A DNA stretch of 64,000 bases from Minisyncoccota bacterium (GCA_041658885.1 JBAZZJ010000001.1:14779-78778), one strand, 5' to 3'. Numbered from the stretch's first letter, positions 25,714 to 35,676 are shown. Notes: generated by a model from the sequence alone, not told the origin. Program-made: numbers and translations.

Positions 25714-25948
25714 GCCGGCATAGCTCAGTTGGCAGAGCGCCACTTTTGCTCGCCCCGTTAGAACTTTTTGTGATATTGTTTTCAAGTAAGTAGGGATTTG
25801 TTTATTTTTTGCCACTTTAGCTCAGTTGGTAGAGCAACGGTTTTGTAAACCGTAGGTCGTCGGTCCGAATCCGACAAGTGGCTCCAAAATTTAAAAGTTC
25901 TAACGGAGTAAATGGATGTCCGGGGTTCGAATCCTCGTGCCGGCTCCA
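25714..25948 (+). tRNA. Interrupted tRNA gene: 5' half ~25714-25751, 3' half ~25911-25948 with CCA. Apparent anticodon UGC, identity uncertain
   Basis: Acceptor GCCGGCA/TGCCGGC 7/7, D arm GCTC-AGTTGGCA-GAGC, T arm CGGGG-TTCGAAT-CCTCG. Anticodon loop split by a ~160-nt insert closed by CCGTTAGAAC/GTTCTAACGG. Confidence 0.6.
25811..25886 (+). tRNA. tRNA-Thr(UGU), nested inside the insert of the interrupted tRNA
   Basis: Acceptor GCCACTT/AAGTGGC, anticodon arm ACGGT-TTTGTAA-ACCGT, T arm GTCGG-TCCGAAT-CCGAC, encoded CCA. Confidence 0.85.
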
Positions 25949-25984
25949 AAAGTTTTGAATAGATGTTGAGTATTTTATATTAAA

Positions 25985-26014
25985 TTCACATATACGCCAT
26001 GGCGTATATGTGAA
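25985..26014. promoter_or_regulatory. 30-bp perfect palindrome TTCACATATACGCCATGGCGTATATGTGAA just upstream of TATAAT 26021-26026
   Basis: Self-complementary by inspection; shares the 20-bp core ATATACGCCATGGCGTATAT with 26416-26445. Confidence 0.7.
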
Positions 26015-26033
26015 TTTTGGTATAATAACCGTA

Positions 26034-26408
26034 ATGAATAATTCAAAACGGTTAAAATATAAAGGATTAAGGGTAAATATGATTGGATTACCTGTTTCTG
26101 ATAATTACATAAAGGATAAAAAAGAAAAAAAGTATATCAGGAGAGAATATCTTTCCTCGTTTATTTCTGAATCAAAAGGAAATGATCCGAAAAGTCTTCT
26201 TCTCATATATGATATTCCACATACCATGAAAAGGGAAAGAGACTGGCTTCGTCGTCAGTTGCTAACTCTTAATTTTATTTTGATACAAAAAAGTGTTTGG
26301 GTAGGACCATTTCCGTTACCAAAATACTTTACTGATTACCTAAAAGAAATTGGTTTGAAAGATAAGTTTAAAATATTAAAGTTAGACAAACCATACGAAG
26401 AAAATTAA
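26034..26408 (+). CDS. Small protein with a Cas2-like/PaaX-middle-domain-like ferredoxin-fold motif
   Basis: LLLIYDIPHTMKRERDWLRRQLLTLNFILIQKSVWVG resembles the Cas2 YDI...R..L...GF...Q.SVF pattern; ATG lies 7 nt after TATAAT. Confidence 0.5.
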   Translation: MNNSKRLKYKGLRVNMIGLPVSDNYIKDKKEKKYIRREYLSSFISESKGNDPKSLLLIYDIPHTMKRERDWLRRQLLTLNFILIQKSVWVGPFPLPKYFTDYLKEIGLKDKFKILKLDKPYEEN

Positions 26409-26415
26409 ATTAACA

Positions 26416-26445
26416 TTTCAATATACGCCATGGCGTATATTGAAA
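26416..26445. repeat. 30-bp perfect palindrome TTTCAATATACGCCATGGCGTATATTGAAA (terminator and/or second operator)
   Basis: Self-complementary; 8 nt after the stop codon. Confidence 0.7.
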
Positions 26446-26517
26446 TGAATAAAATAATTATAAATTATAGATTGTTTATTTTGAAAACGACCAAATTTAA
26501 TATAAAATTATAATGTA

Positions 26518-27405
26518 ATGGCAGAACAAGATAAAAACAAAGAAAAAGGACATTATCATCCTATCACAATAACAATGTTTAAAATCGGCAAGATTTTTGA
26601 CGATTTAGGTTTTGAAATTGCAGATGGACCACATATAGAGGATGAATATCATAATTTTGATGCACTTAATATTCCCGCGGACCATCCGGCACGAGATATG
26701 TGGGATACCTTTTGGTTAAAGACGCAAATTAACGCAGATAAAAAACCGCAGATTCACCCCGTTAAATCCTGCGAAGCAGGAATTTTGCCAAAGGCAAAAT
26801 TATTTAACAGGGTAAACGCAGATAAAAATACCAACACAAGTCCGCGTGAATTTCCGCGTGAGTCTGCGATGTTATTAAGAACACACACTTCTCCGGTACA
26901 GATTAGATATATGGAAAATAATAAACCACCTATAAAAATTATTGTCCCTGGGAAGATTTTTAGATATGAAGCAACAGATGCAACACACGAGGCACAATTT
27001 TATCAATTGGAAGGACTTATGATTACTCCAAATACTTCACTTGCAACTCTTAAGGGGGTTTTAAAAGATTTTTTAGAAAAATTTTTTGAAGAAAAAATTG
27101 ATATCCGTTTTCGCCCGAGTTATTTTCCATTCGTTGAGCCAGGCCTGGAAGTTGATGCAACCTGTTTTAAATGTTCAGAAAAAATAAATCCAAGTTGTCC
27201 GATATGTAAAGGAACTGGGTGGATAGAAATAATGGGTGCGGGGATGGTTCATCCAAAAGTTTTAGAGAATTGTGGTATTAATCCACAAGAGTGGCAGGGT
27301 TTTGCCTTTGGTGTCGGGATAGATCGTCTAGTTATGCTCAAATACGAAATTCCAGATATAAGAATGCTTTATTCTGGGGATTTGAGATTGATAAATCAAT
27401 TTTAA
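26518..27405 (+). CDS. pheS: Phenylalanine--tRNA ligase alpha subunit, carrying an in-frame repeat insertion
   Basis: HPARDMWDTFW, LLRTHTSPVQ and FRPSYFPFVEPG motifs. Confidence 0.9.
   Translation: MAEQDKNKEKGHYHPITITMFKIGKIFDDLGFEIADGPHIEDEYHNFDALNIPADHPARDMWDTFWLKTQINADKKPQIHPVKSCEAGILPKAKLFNRVNADKNTNTSPREFPRESAMLLRTHTSPVQIRYMENNKPPIKIIVPGKIFRYEATDATHEAQFYQLEGLMITPNTSLATLKGVLKDFLEKFFEEKIDIRFRPSYFPFVEPGLEVDATCFKCSEKINPSCPICKGTGWIEIMGAGMVHPKVLENCGINPQEWQGFAFGVGIDRLVMLKYEIPDIRMLYSGDLRLINQF
26731..26823 (+). repeat. 93-nt family B element in frame within pheS (31 codons)
   Basis: 92/93 identical to 19429-19521; read through as NADKKPQIHPVKSCEAGILPKAKLFNRVNAD. Confidence 0.9.
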
Positions 27406-27414
27406 AAAACAATC

Positions 27415-29817
27415 ATGCTTATTTCATATAAATGGCTTCAAGAATATTTTGATAAGCCTGCCCGCCAATTGGCAGGCGGGAAATTTCCAAAACCGGAAGA
27501 AATTAAAAATGCACTTACAATGCACTCTTATGAAGTTTCTGAAATTTTAAAAGACAAAGATGATTTTATTTTTGATGTAGATATTTTACCAAACAGAGCT
27601 CACGACTCACTTTCTTATTTTGGGATTGCGCGAGAAATTGGAATGCTTTTTGATTTAAAAACAAAATTTCCAGACTTAGATAAATTACAAGCAGACAAAA
27701 GTTTAAAATCATCAGATTTTTTAACTTTAAAAATTGAAAATCCAAATGAATGCAGACGAGCAACAAAACGACTTGTTGTCGATGTCAGAGTAAAAGAATC
27801 ACCAGATTGGCTTAAGGAAAAATTATCAAAATTTGGACAAAAATCTATAAATAACATTGTTGATGCAACAAATTTTGTAATGATGGAAACGGGGCAACCT
27901 GTTCATGCTTTTGATTTTGATAAATTAGCAACTGGGAAGAATGACAAAAAAAATATTTCAATAAAATTAGCAGAAAAAGCAGAACAAATAACAACACTTG
28001 ATGAAAATCATTATGTTCTAGATGAAAATGTCTTAGTAATTCACGATGGAGAAAAACCGCTTGATATAGCTGGAATAAAAGGAGGAATAGACACTGGAAT
28101 AGATGAAAAGACAAAAAAAATTGTTTTATCAGTTTGTAGTTTTAATCCTAAGAGCATAAGAAGAACTTCTAAAAAATTAGGATTACAAACAGAAGCATCA
28201 AAAAGATTTGAAGCAGATGTAAGTTCTGAATTGGTTTACACAGCTATGCAAAGATTATCCCAACTTGTTTCAGAATTGTCTGGTGGAAAAGTGAGCGAAG
28301 AAATTTTGGACGAATATCCAAGAAAATCAAATCCATACAAAATAGGAATTTCAATTGATGAGGTTAATAAAATTTTAGGGACCGAGATAAGAGAAAAAGA
28401 ATTTGAAAAAATTTTAGACAAACTCGGATTTGAATATAAAAAAATAAAACCACTTAATGAAATTAAAAAATTAATTTCACAAGTTGAAGGCAAGCCTTAC
28501 AAATTTGGTTCAAGTGTAAGTTTTGATGCACCAAATTATTTTGATTGCTCGTCCTTAACCGCGTATTTGTTTGCACAGGCTGGGATTCAAATTCCAAGAG
28601 TTTCAGTTGACCAATACGTTTTTGGAAAAGAAATTTCTGAAAATGAAGCAAAATTTGGTGACATAGTATTTTTAAATACGAGGAATGGAAAAATTCATTA
28701 TGAAACGGTAGATTTTATAAAAGGAACAAAAGTTAAGGAGGGGGTTGACCATTGCGGTTTATGTTTAGGTGATGGAAAGGTTTTGCATACATCAAGATTT
28801 AATGGAAATAAGGTTGATATTCAAAACATAGAAAATAATCTATCTTTTAAAACAATTGTTGGTTATAGAAGATTTACAGACAATGAAGAAAGATATGTTT
28901 TAACAATCCCTTATTACAGAAATGACTTAAGAATTAAAGAAGATTTAGTTGAAGAAATTGGAAGAATTTTTGGTTATGAAAATGTTTCTTACGATTTACC
29001 AAAAAAGGATTCTGAAGCAAAAAAAGATAAAATATTTTATTATTCAAATTTAATAAAGAACTTTTTTGTAAGCGAAGGATTTTCAGAGGTCTACAATTAC
29101 GCGTTTGTTAACGAAGGAGAAATTGAGTTATTAAATCCTTTGGCAAGCGATAAAAAATATTTGAGAGATACTACAAAAAAACAATTAAGAAATAGTATAT
29201 TTTTTAATTATAAGCATTCTGACATTCTGGCTCTTAATGAGATTAAAATTTTTGAAATTGATAAAATTTATAAGAGAGAAAAAGAAACTCTCTGTTTATC
29301 TTTCGGTATAAAATTCAAAAAAGAAAACCTAAAGGAATATTTGTTCAATATTAAAGAAAAGTTGAGAAAAATACTGAATAAAGAAGAATTTGATCATACG
29401 GAGTATGGTGAATTTTATGATGAAGTAATTTTCGAAATTGATATAGATAAATTAATTGAAAAACTTCCAGAAGTTAATTCATACGAAAAATTATTTAAAG
29501 AATTTTCTGAAAATTATAAAGACACAAATAAGAAGTATAAAAACATTTCTCAATACCCATTTGTCTTGAGAGACATTGCAGTTTGGGTTCCTATAAAAAC
29601 AGAAAGTGGGGAAGTGTTAGCGTTAATAAAACAAAATTCTGGTGAATTGCTTATGCAAAGTAAATTATTTGATGAATATAAAAAAGATAACAAGGTTTCA
29701 TACGCGTTTCGGTTGGTTTTTCAATCACAGGACAAGACCTTAACAGACGATGAGGTAAATGAAGTGATGAAAAAAATAGAAAACAAAATAATTAAAAAGG
29801 GGTGGGAAGTTAGGTAA
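27415..29817 (+). CDS. pheT: Phenylalanine--tRNA ligase beta subunit with an inserted NlpC/P60-like domain
   Basis: B3/4 motif DATNFVMMETGQPVHAFD, B5, RNDLRIKEDLVEEIGRIFGYENV and the FDX-ACB C-terminus; insertion ~28450-28885. Confidence 0.9.
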   Translation: MLISYKWLQEYFDKPARQLAGGKFPKPEEIKNALTMHSYEVSEILKDKDDFIFDVDILPNRAHDSLSYFGIAREIGMLFDLKTKFPDLDKLQADKSLKSSDFLTLKIENPNECRRATKRLVVDVRVKESPDWLKEKLSKFGQKSINNIVDATNFVMMETGQPVHAFDFDKLATGKNDKKNISIKLAEKAEQITTLDENHYVLDENVLVIHDGEKPLDIAGIKGGIDTGIDEKTKKIVLSVCSFNPKSIRRTSKKLGLQTEASKRFEADVSSELVYTAMQRLSQLVSELSGGKVSEEILDEYPRKSNPYKIGISIDEVNKILGTEIREKEFEKILDKLGFEYKKIKPLNEIKKLISQVEGKPYKFGSSVSFDAPNYFDCSSLTAYLFAQAGIQIPRVSVDQYVFGKEISENEAKFGDIVFLNTRNGKIHYETVDFIKGTKVKEGVDHCGLCLGDGKVLHTSRFNGNKVDIQNIENNLSFKTIVGYRRFTDNEERYVLTIPYYRNDLRIKEDLVEEIGRIFGYENVSYDLPKKDSEAKKDKIFYYSNLIKNFFVSEGFSEVYNYAFVNEGEIELLNPLASDKKYLRDTTKKQLRNSIFFNYKHSDILALNEIKIFEIDKIYKREKETLCLSFGIKFKKENLKEYLFNIKEKLRKILNKEEFDHTEYGEFYDEVIFEIDIDKLIEKLPEVNSYEKLFKEFSENYKDTNKKYKNISQYPFVLRDIAVWVPIKTESGEVLALIKQNSGELLMQSKLFDEYKKDNKVSYAFRLVFQSQDKTLTDDEVNEVMKKIENKIIKKGWEVR

Positions 29818-29892
29818 AAATAATAAGGCAAAAAATAAGTATATTTTGGATTCAAATGCTCCGCTAGAGCATAAAAAAAGAAAAATTACTTG

Positions 29893-29956
29893 TCCCGTTA
29901 AATGCGAAGCATATTTAACTGGGATGGATTTAAATGCCCCAGTGGGGCATTTAAAT
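29893..29956 (+). repeat. Two adjacent hairpins upstream of gyrB (family B-like TCCCGTTAAAT... arm, then a perfect 13-bp stem)
   Basis: 29893-29924 bulged hairpin with a GCGAAGC tip; 29928-29956 ATTTAAATGCCCC-AGT-GGGGCATTTAAAT. Confidence 0.65.
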
Positions 29957-30025
29957 TTATGCACACAAATAGCAAAAACCCCTTTATTTTGAAAGGAATT
30001 TTTGCTATAATACACATGTCGCTGA

Positions 30026-32158
<2,133 letters not shown>

Positions 32159-32162
32159 TTTA

Positions 32163-32193
32163 TTTCAAATCTAAAATCTAATATCTCAAATTT
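32163..32193 (+). repeat. Short dispersed repeat TCAAATCTAAAATCTAATATCTCAAAT
   Basis: 27-nt identity with the reverse complement of 52890-52922; related permuted copy at 46738-46765. Confidence 0.7.
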
Positions 32194-32199
32194 ATAAAA

Positions 32200-32634
32200 A
32201 TGATTACTACAAATTCAAAACAAATAAACTTGTTATTTATATGTAAATACAACAGATTTAGAAGTAAGATAGCTGAAGGTTATTTTAAAAAAATAAACAA
32301 AAATAAAAAAATAAAAGTAAAATCAGCCGGTTTAATAAAAGGAACCTCACTTAGCCCAGAAAAAATAAAAATAGCCAAAGAACTTGGTGTCTCAATGAAA
32401 GGGAAACCAAATGGGCTGAGCATCGAACTTCTCATTCAACAAAACATAATTGTAATAGTTGCAGATGATGTACCTAAAAAAATTTTTAACAATTTTGGAT
32501 TAAACAGACAAATTATTCAATGGAATATTAAAGATGTTAAAAAGAATAATCCAAAAGAAATAACGGATATAATTAAAAAGATAAAACTAAAAATAGATAT
32601 TCTTGTCGAAAAGTTAAAAACGACAAACAAATAA
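32200..32634 (+). CDS. Low-molecular-weight phosphatase / ArsC-type family protein
   Basis: N-terminal CKYNRFRS (C-x5-R-S) P-loop. Confidence 0.6.
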   Translation: MITTNSKQINLLFICKYNRFRSKIAEGYFKKINKNKKIKVKSAGLIKGTSLSPEKIKIAKELGVSMKGKPNGLSIELLIQQNIIVIVADDVPKKIFNNFGLNRQIIQWNIKDVKKNNPKEITDIIKKIKLKIDILVEKLKTTNK

Positions 32635-32726
32635 ATTCTACTTTAAATAATATGAAAGAATTTTTTATTAAAAATTTAATGAAAATGCAATTAAAAAAAT
32701 TGCCACAAGATCAAATATGGAAAATG

Positions 32727-32799
32727 TTTACCCTATTAAATCCTGTCTCGCCCGTACGGGCAAAGCAGGAATTTGCCGTCGGCAAATTATTTAACAGGG
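32727..32799 (+). repeat. Family B three-stem element (variant with nested GCCCGTACGGGC hairpin)
   Basis: TTTACCCTATTAAAT...ATTTAACAGGG outer arms; GGAAAAT present on both flanks. Confidence 0.75.
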
Positions 32800-32847
32800 C
32801 AGGAAAATACGAAAAAGAACTAAAGGGCATAAAATAATTGTTATTTT

Positions 32848-34119
32848 ATGATTAAAAAAACTCATTCAAACGTAACCGATAATACTTTTGACGTTATTGT
32901 CGTTGGTGGTGGGCCGTCTGGGATGATGGCTTCCGGTTTTTCTGCTAGACGAGGACTTCGCGTGTTACTTATAGAAAAAAATGAACATCTTGGTGATAAA
33001 TTAAAAGCGACCGGTGGAGGTCGTTGTAATATTACGAACGCAGAAGAAGACAGAGAAACTTTTATTAGACATTATGGTTCGGCTAAAGATTTTTTATATT
33101 CAGCTTTTGCAAAATTTGGAGTTAAAGATACATTTAATTTTTTTGAGGAACGTGGACTACCACTTGTGATTGAAGCTAGAAAAAGAGTTTTTCCAGTGAG
33201 CCAGAAAGCTGAAGATGTTTTTCGTGTTTTAGAAAAATTTATGAAAAAAAATGGAGTGATTGTTAAAACAAATCAAAAAACTTCAAAAATTTTAACAAAC
33301 GAAAATAAAATAGTTGGAGTAATGGCTGGAAAAGAAAAATATTATTGCAATTCTTTAATATTGGCGACAGGTGGTTTTTCACATCCAGAATTAGGAGCGA
33401 CCGGTGATGGTTTCACTTGGCTCAAATCTCTTGGACACAAGGTTAAAGAAGCGTCGCCCGATATTGTACCTTTTTCAGTACGAGAAAAATGGGTTAAAGA
33501 TTTGTCTGGTGTGACTCTATCATTTATGAAAATTACTTTCTTTCTTGATGGAGTAAAGAAGTTTAGCAAAATGGGAAAAATTCTTTTTACTCATTTTGGT
33601 TTGTCCGGACCTCTTATTTTAAATAGCTCTAGACAAGTTAAAGATTTATTAAAAGCTGGAGTTGTTACTGCAACAATTGATACTTATCCTCACACTGATC
33701 TTGGGGCACTTGAAAAAGAAATTGTAAAAACTTTTAATAAAAACAAAAATAAAACTCTTAAAAATGTTTTACCAGAAATTACACCACACGGATTATTTCC
33801 AGCTCTTGAATTATTACTTCCTAAATTAGATTTGGATCTTGGGAAAAAAGTTCATAGTATAGAAAAAGAAGAACGTAAAAAAATTGTTGATTTACTCAAG
33901 GCCATGCCACTCACGGTTTCTGGCCTAATGGGTTTTGATAGGGCGGTTGTGTCAGATGGGGGAGTAATGTTAAACGAAATTGATACACGAACAATGCGCT
34001 CGCGTATTCATCCAAATCTTTTTATCACAGGAGACTTACTCAACATCAATCGTCCATCAGGTGGTTTTTCTCTCCAACTTTGTTGGACCACTGGTTATGT
34101 CGCAGGGATGAATGTATAA
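32848..34119 (+). CDS. HI0933/BaiN-family FAD-dependent oxidoreductase
   Basis: DVIVVGGGPSGMMAS dinucleotide fold and the GGGRCNITN family signature. Confidence 0.8.
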   Translation: MIKKTHSNVTDNTFDVIVVGGGPSGMMASGFSARRGLRVLLIEKNEHLGDKLKATGGGRCNITNAEEDRETFIRHYGSAKDFLYSAFAKFGVKDTFNFFEERGLPLVIEARKRVFPVSQKAEDVFRVLEKFMKKNGVIVKTNQKTSKILTNENKIVGVMAGKEKYYCNSLILATGGFSHPELGATGDGFTWLKSLGHKVKEASPDIVPFSVREKWVKDLSGVTLSFMKITFFLDGVKKFSKMGKILFTHFGLSGPLILNSSRQVKDLLKAGVVTATIDTYPHTDLGALEKEIVKTFNKNKNKTLKNVLPEITPHGLFPALELLLPKLDLDLGKKVHSIEKEERKKIVDLLKAMPLTVSGLMGFDRAVVSDGGVMLNEIDTRTMRSRIHPNLFITGDLLNINRPSGGFSLQLCWTTGYVAGMNV

Positions 34120-34172
34120 AAAAATAATTATTCAAACTTTTTAAAAAATCAAAAAATATTTTTATCTTTTCC

Positions 34173-34195
34173 CATTCTCTAATTCAATTGAATAG
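34173..34195 (+). promoter_or_regulatory. Shortened copy of the 31-nt repeat, directly upstream of a TGTATGAT -10-like box for the ArsR gene
   Basis: CATTCTCTAATT..ATTGAATAG shares both ends of the 34578/35747 repeat unit. Confidence 0.45.
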
Positions 34196-34262
34196 TTGTA
34201 TGATGGATTTTTAAGAGATATAATATATTTTTGAAATATTAGAAATTAAAAATATCAAAAAC

Positions 34263-34541
34263 ATGATTGAGGCAAAACAATTTAAAAAAGTAGAAACATC
34301 AATAAAAGCGATAGCAAATTATCGTAGATTAGCAATTGTTTCGTTGTTAAAAAAGAACGGAGAAATGTCGGTAGGTGATATAGCCGAAGAATTGAAGATT
34401 TCTATACAGGCCATCTCGAAACATCTCAAACTTTTAGAAAGAGCAGATATATTATCTTCAGACCAGAGAGGTTTATTGGTTTATTATTTTTTAAATAAAC
34501 CATTACCAAATTTTGTTTCGAATATTGTTTCAACACTTTAA
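34263..34541 (+). CDS. ArsR/SmtB-family winged-helix regulator
   Basis: RRLAIVSLLKKNGEMSVGDIAEELKISIQAISKHLKLLERADIL. Confidence 0.75.
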   Translation: MIEAKQFKKVETSIKAIANYRRLAIVSLLKKNGEMSVGDIAEELKISIQAISKHLKLLERADILSSDQRGLLVYYFLNKPLPNFVSNIVSTL

Positions 34542-34577
34542 TTTTTATTTTGATATTTTTCATGCCCCACAGGAAAC

Positions 34578-34714
34578 TATTTTCTAATTTAATTAAATAG
34601 TTGAATAGTGAAGTTTAGCGATTAAAAATGTATTTTCTAATTTAATTAAATAGTTGAATAGTGAAGTTTAGCGATGAAAAATGTATTTTCTAATTTAATT
34701 AAATGGTTGAATAG
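34578..34714 (+). repeat. Three direct 31-nt repeats TATTTTCTAATTTAATTAAAT(A/G)GTTGAATAG at 53-bp period
   Basis: Units 34578-34608, 34631-34661 and 34684-34714; intervening 22-mers nearly identical; core ATTTAATTAAAT is palindromic. Confidence 0.85.
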
Positions 34715-34833
34715 TTTTGGTATATAAAGAGATTATTGAATTTATAGAAAATTTGGTGTATTTTAAACTATGTAAGGTATAGAAAAACTTTATGAAAAAA
34801 GAAACTGATTCATAAATCTTTATATTTAAAATT

Positions 34834-35676
34834 ATGGCGCCAGATAAATACAAATCTATATGGGTATCACATTCTTCCATTGGAGATTTCTTAAAATGTC
34901 CACGGGCTTATTATCTGCATAATGTTTATAAAGACACCAAAACGGGAAGAAAAATAAATATTGTTAATCCTGCGCTTTCTCTTGGCCAAGCGGTGCATAC
35001 AATCCTTGAGTCATTAAAAAATGTTCCAGTTGAAGAAAGAATGAAACGAGATTTATTAGCTGATTTTGAAGTTGCTTGGTTACAAGTGTCTGGGAGAAAA
35101 GGTGGATTTAAAAATAGCGACGAAGAAGCCAAGATTAAAAAACGAGGCATTGAGATGATAAAACGAGTTATAAAAAATCCGGGACCGATTGCAAATAAAA
35201 CCATTAAAATAAAGCAAGGACATAATAATATGCCACCAAATTTTTACCTTTCTGAAGATGAAAATATAATACTTTGTGGGCTTGTTGATTGGTTGGAATA
35301 TATTGAAGAAGATGACAGCGTTCGTATTCTTGATTTTAAAACTGGCAAAAACGACGAAGCTGAAGATTCACTTCAACTCCCAATTTATCTCTTGCTTCTA
35401 AGTGCATTACAAAAACGAAAAATTTCTGGGGCGTCATATTGGTATCTTAATAAAGATGATAAACCAACAGAGATGACATTGCCCGATATTAATGAAGCTA
35501 AAGAAAAAGTACTCACGGTTGCTTTGAAAGTTAAAGAAGCCAGAGAAAAAGAAACTTTTAATTGTTCGCGCGGAGATAAAGGATGTTTTGCTTGTAAATC
35601 ATACGAATCTATTTTGAAAGGTGAGGCGGAATATATTGGTATTGGTGGCTATGGACAGGACATGTATTTTTTATAG
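34834..35676 (+). CDS. PD-(D/E)XK nuclease, Cas4/AddB-like with a four-Cys cluster
   Basis: N-terminal CPRAYYL, LVDW, ILDFKTG (D-x-K), QLPIY and C-terminal C-x6-C-x2-C. Confidence 0.75.
   Translation: MAPDKYKSIWVSHSSIGDFLKCPRAYYLHNVYKDTKTGRKINIVNPALSLGQAVHTILESLKNVPVEERMKRDLLADFEVAWLQVSGRKGGFKNSDEEAKIKKRGIEMIKRVIKNPGPIANKTIKIKQGHNNMPPNFYLSEDENIILCGLVDWLEYIEEDDSVRILDFKTGKNDEAEDSLQLPIYLLLLSALQKRKISGASYWYLNKDDKPTEMTLPDINEAKEKVLTVALKVKEAREKETFNCSRGDKGCFACKSYESILKGEAEYIGIGGYGQDMYFL

Noticed and set aside
25752-25910. Group I or group II intron in the interrupted tRNA
   Set aside because: The insert is only ~160 nt, about half of it is a tRNA gene, and no group I or II core helices or an intron-encoded protein are evident.
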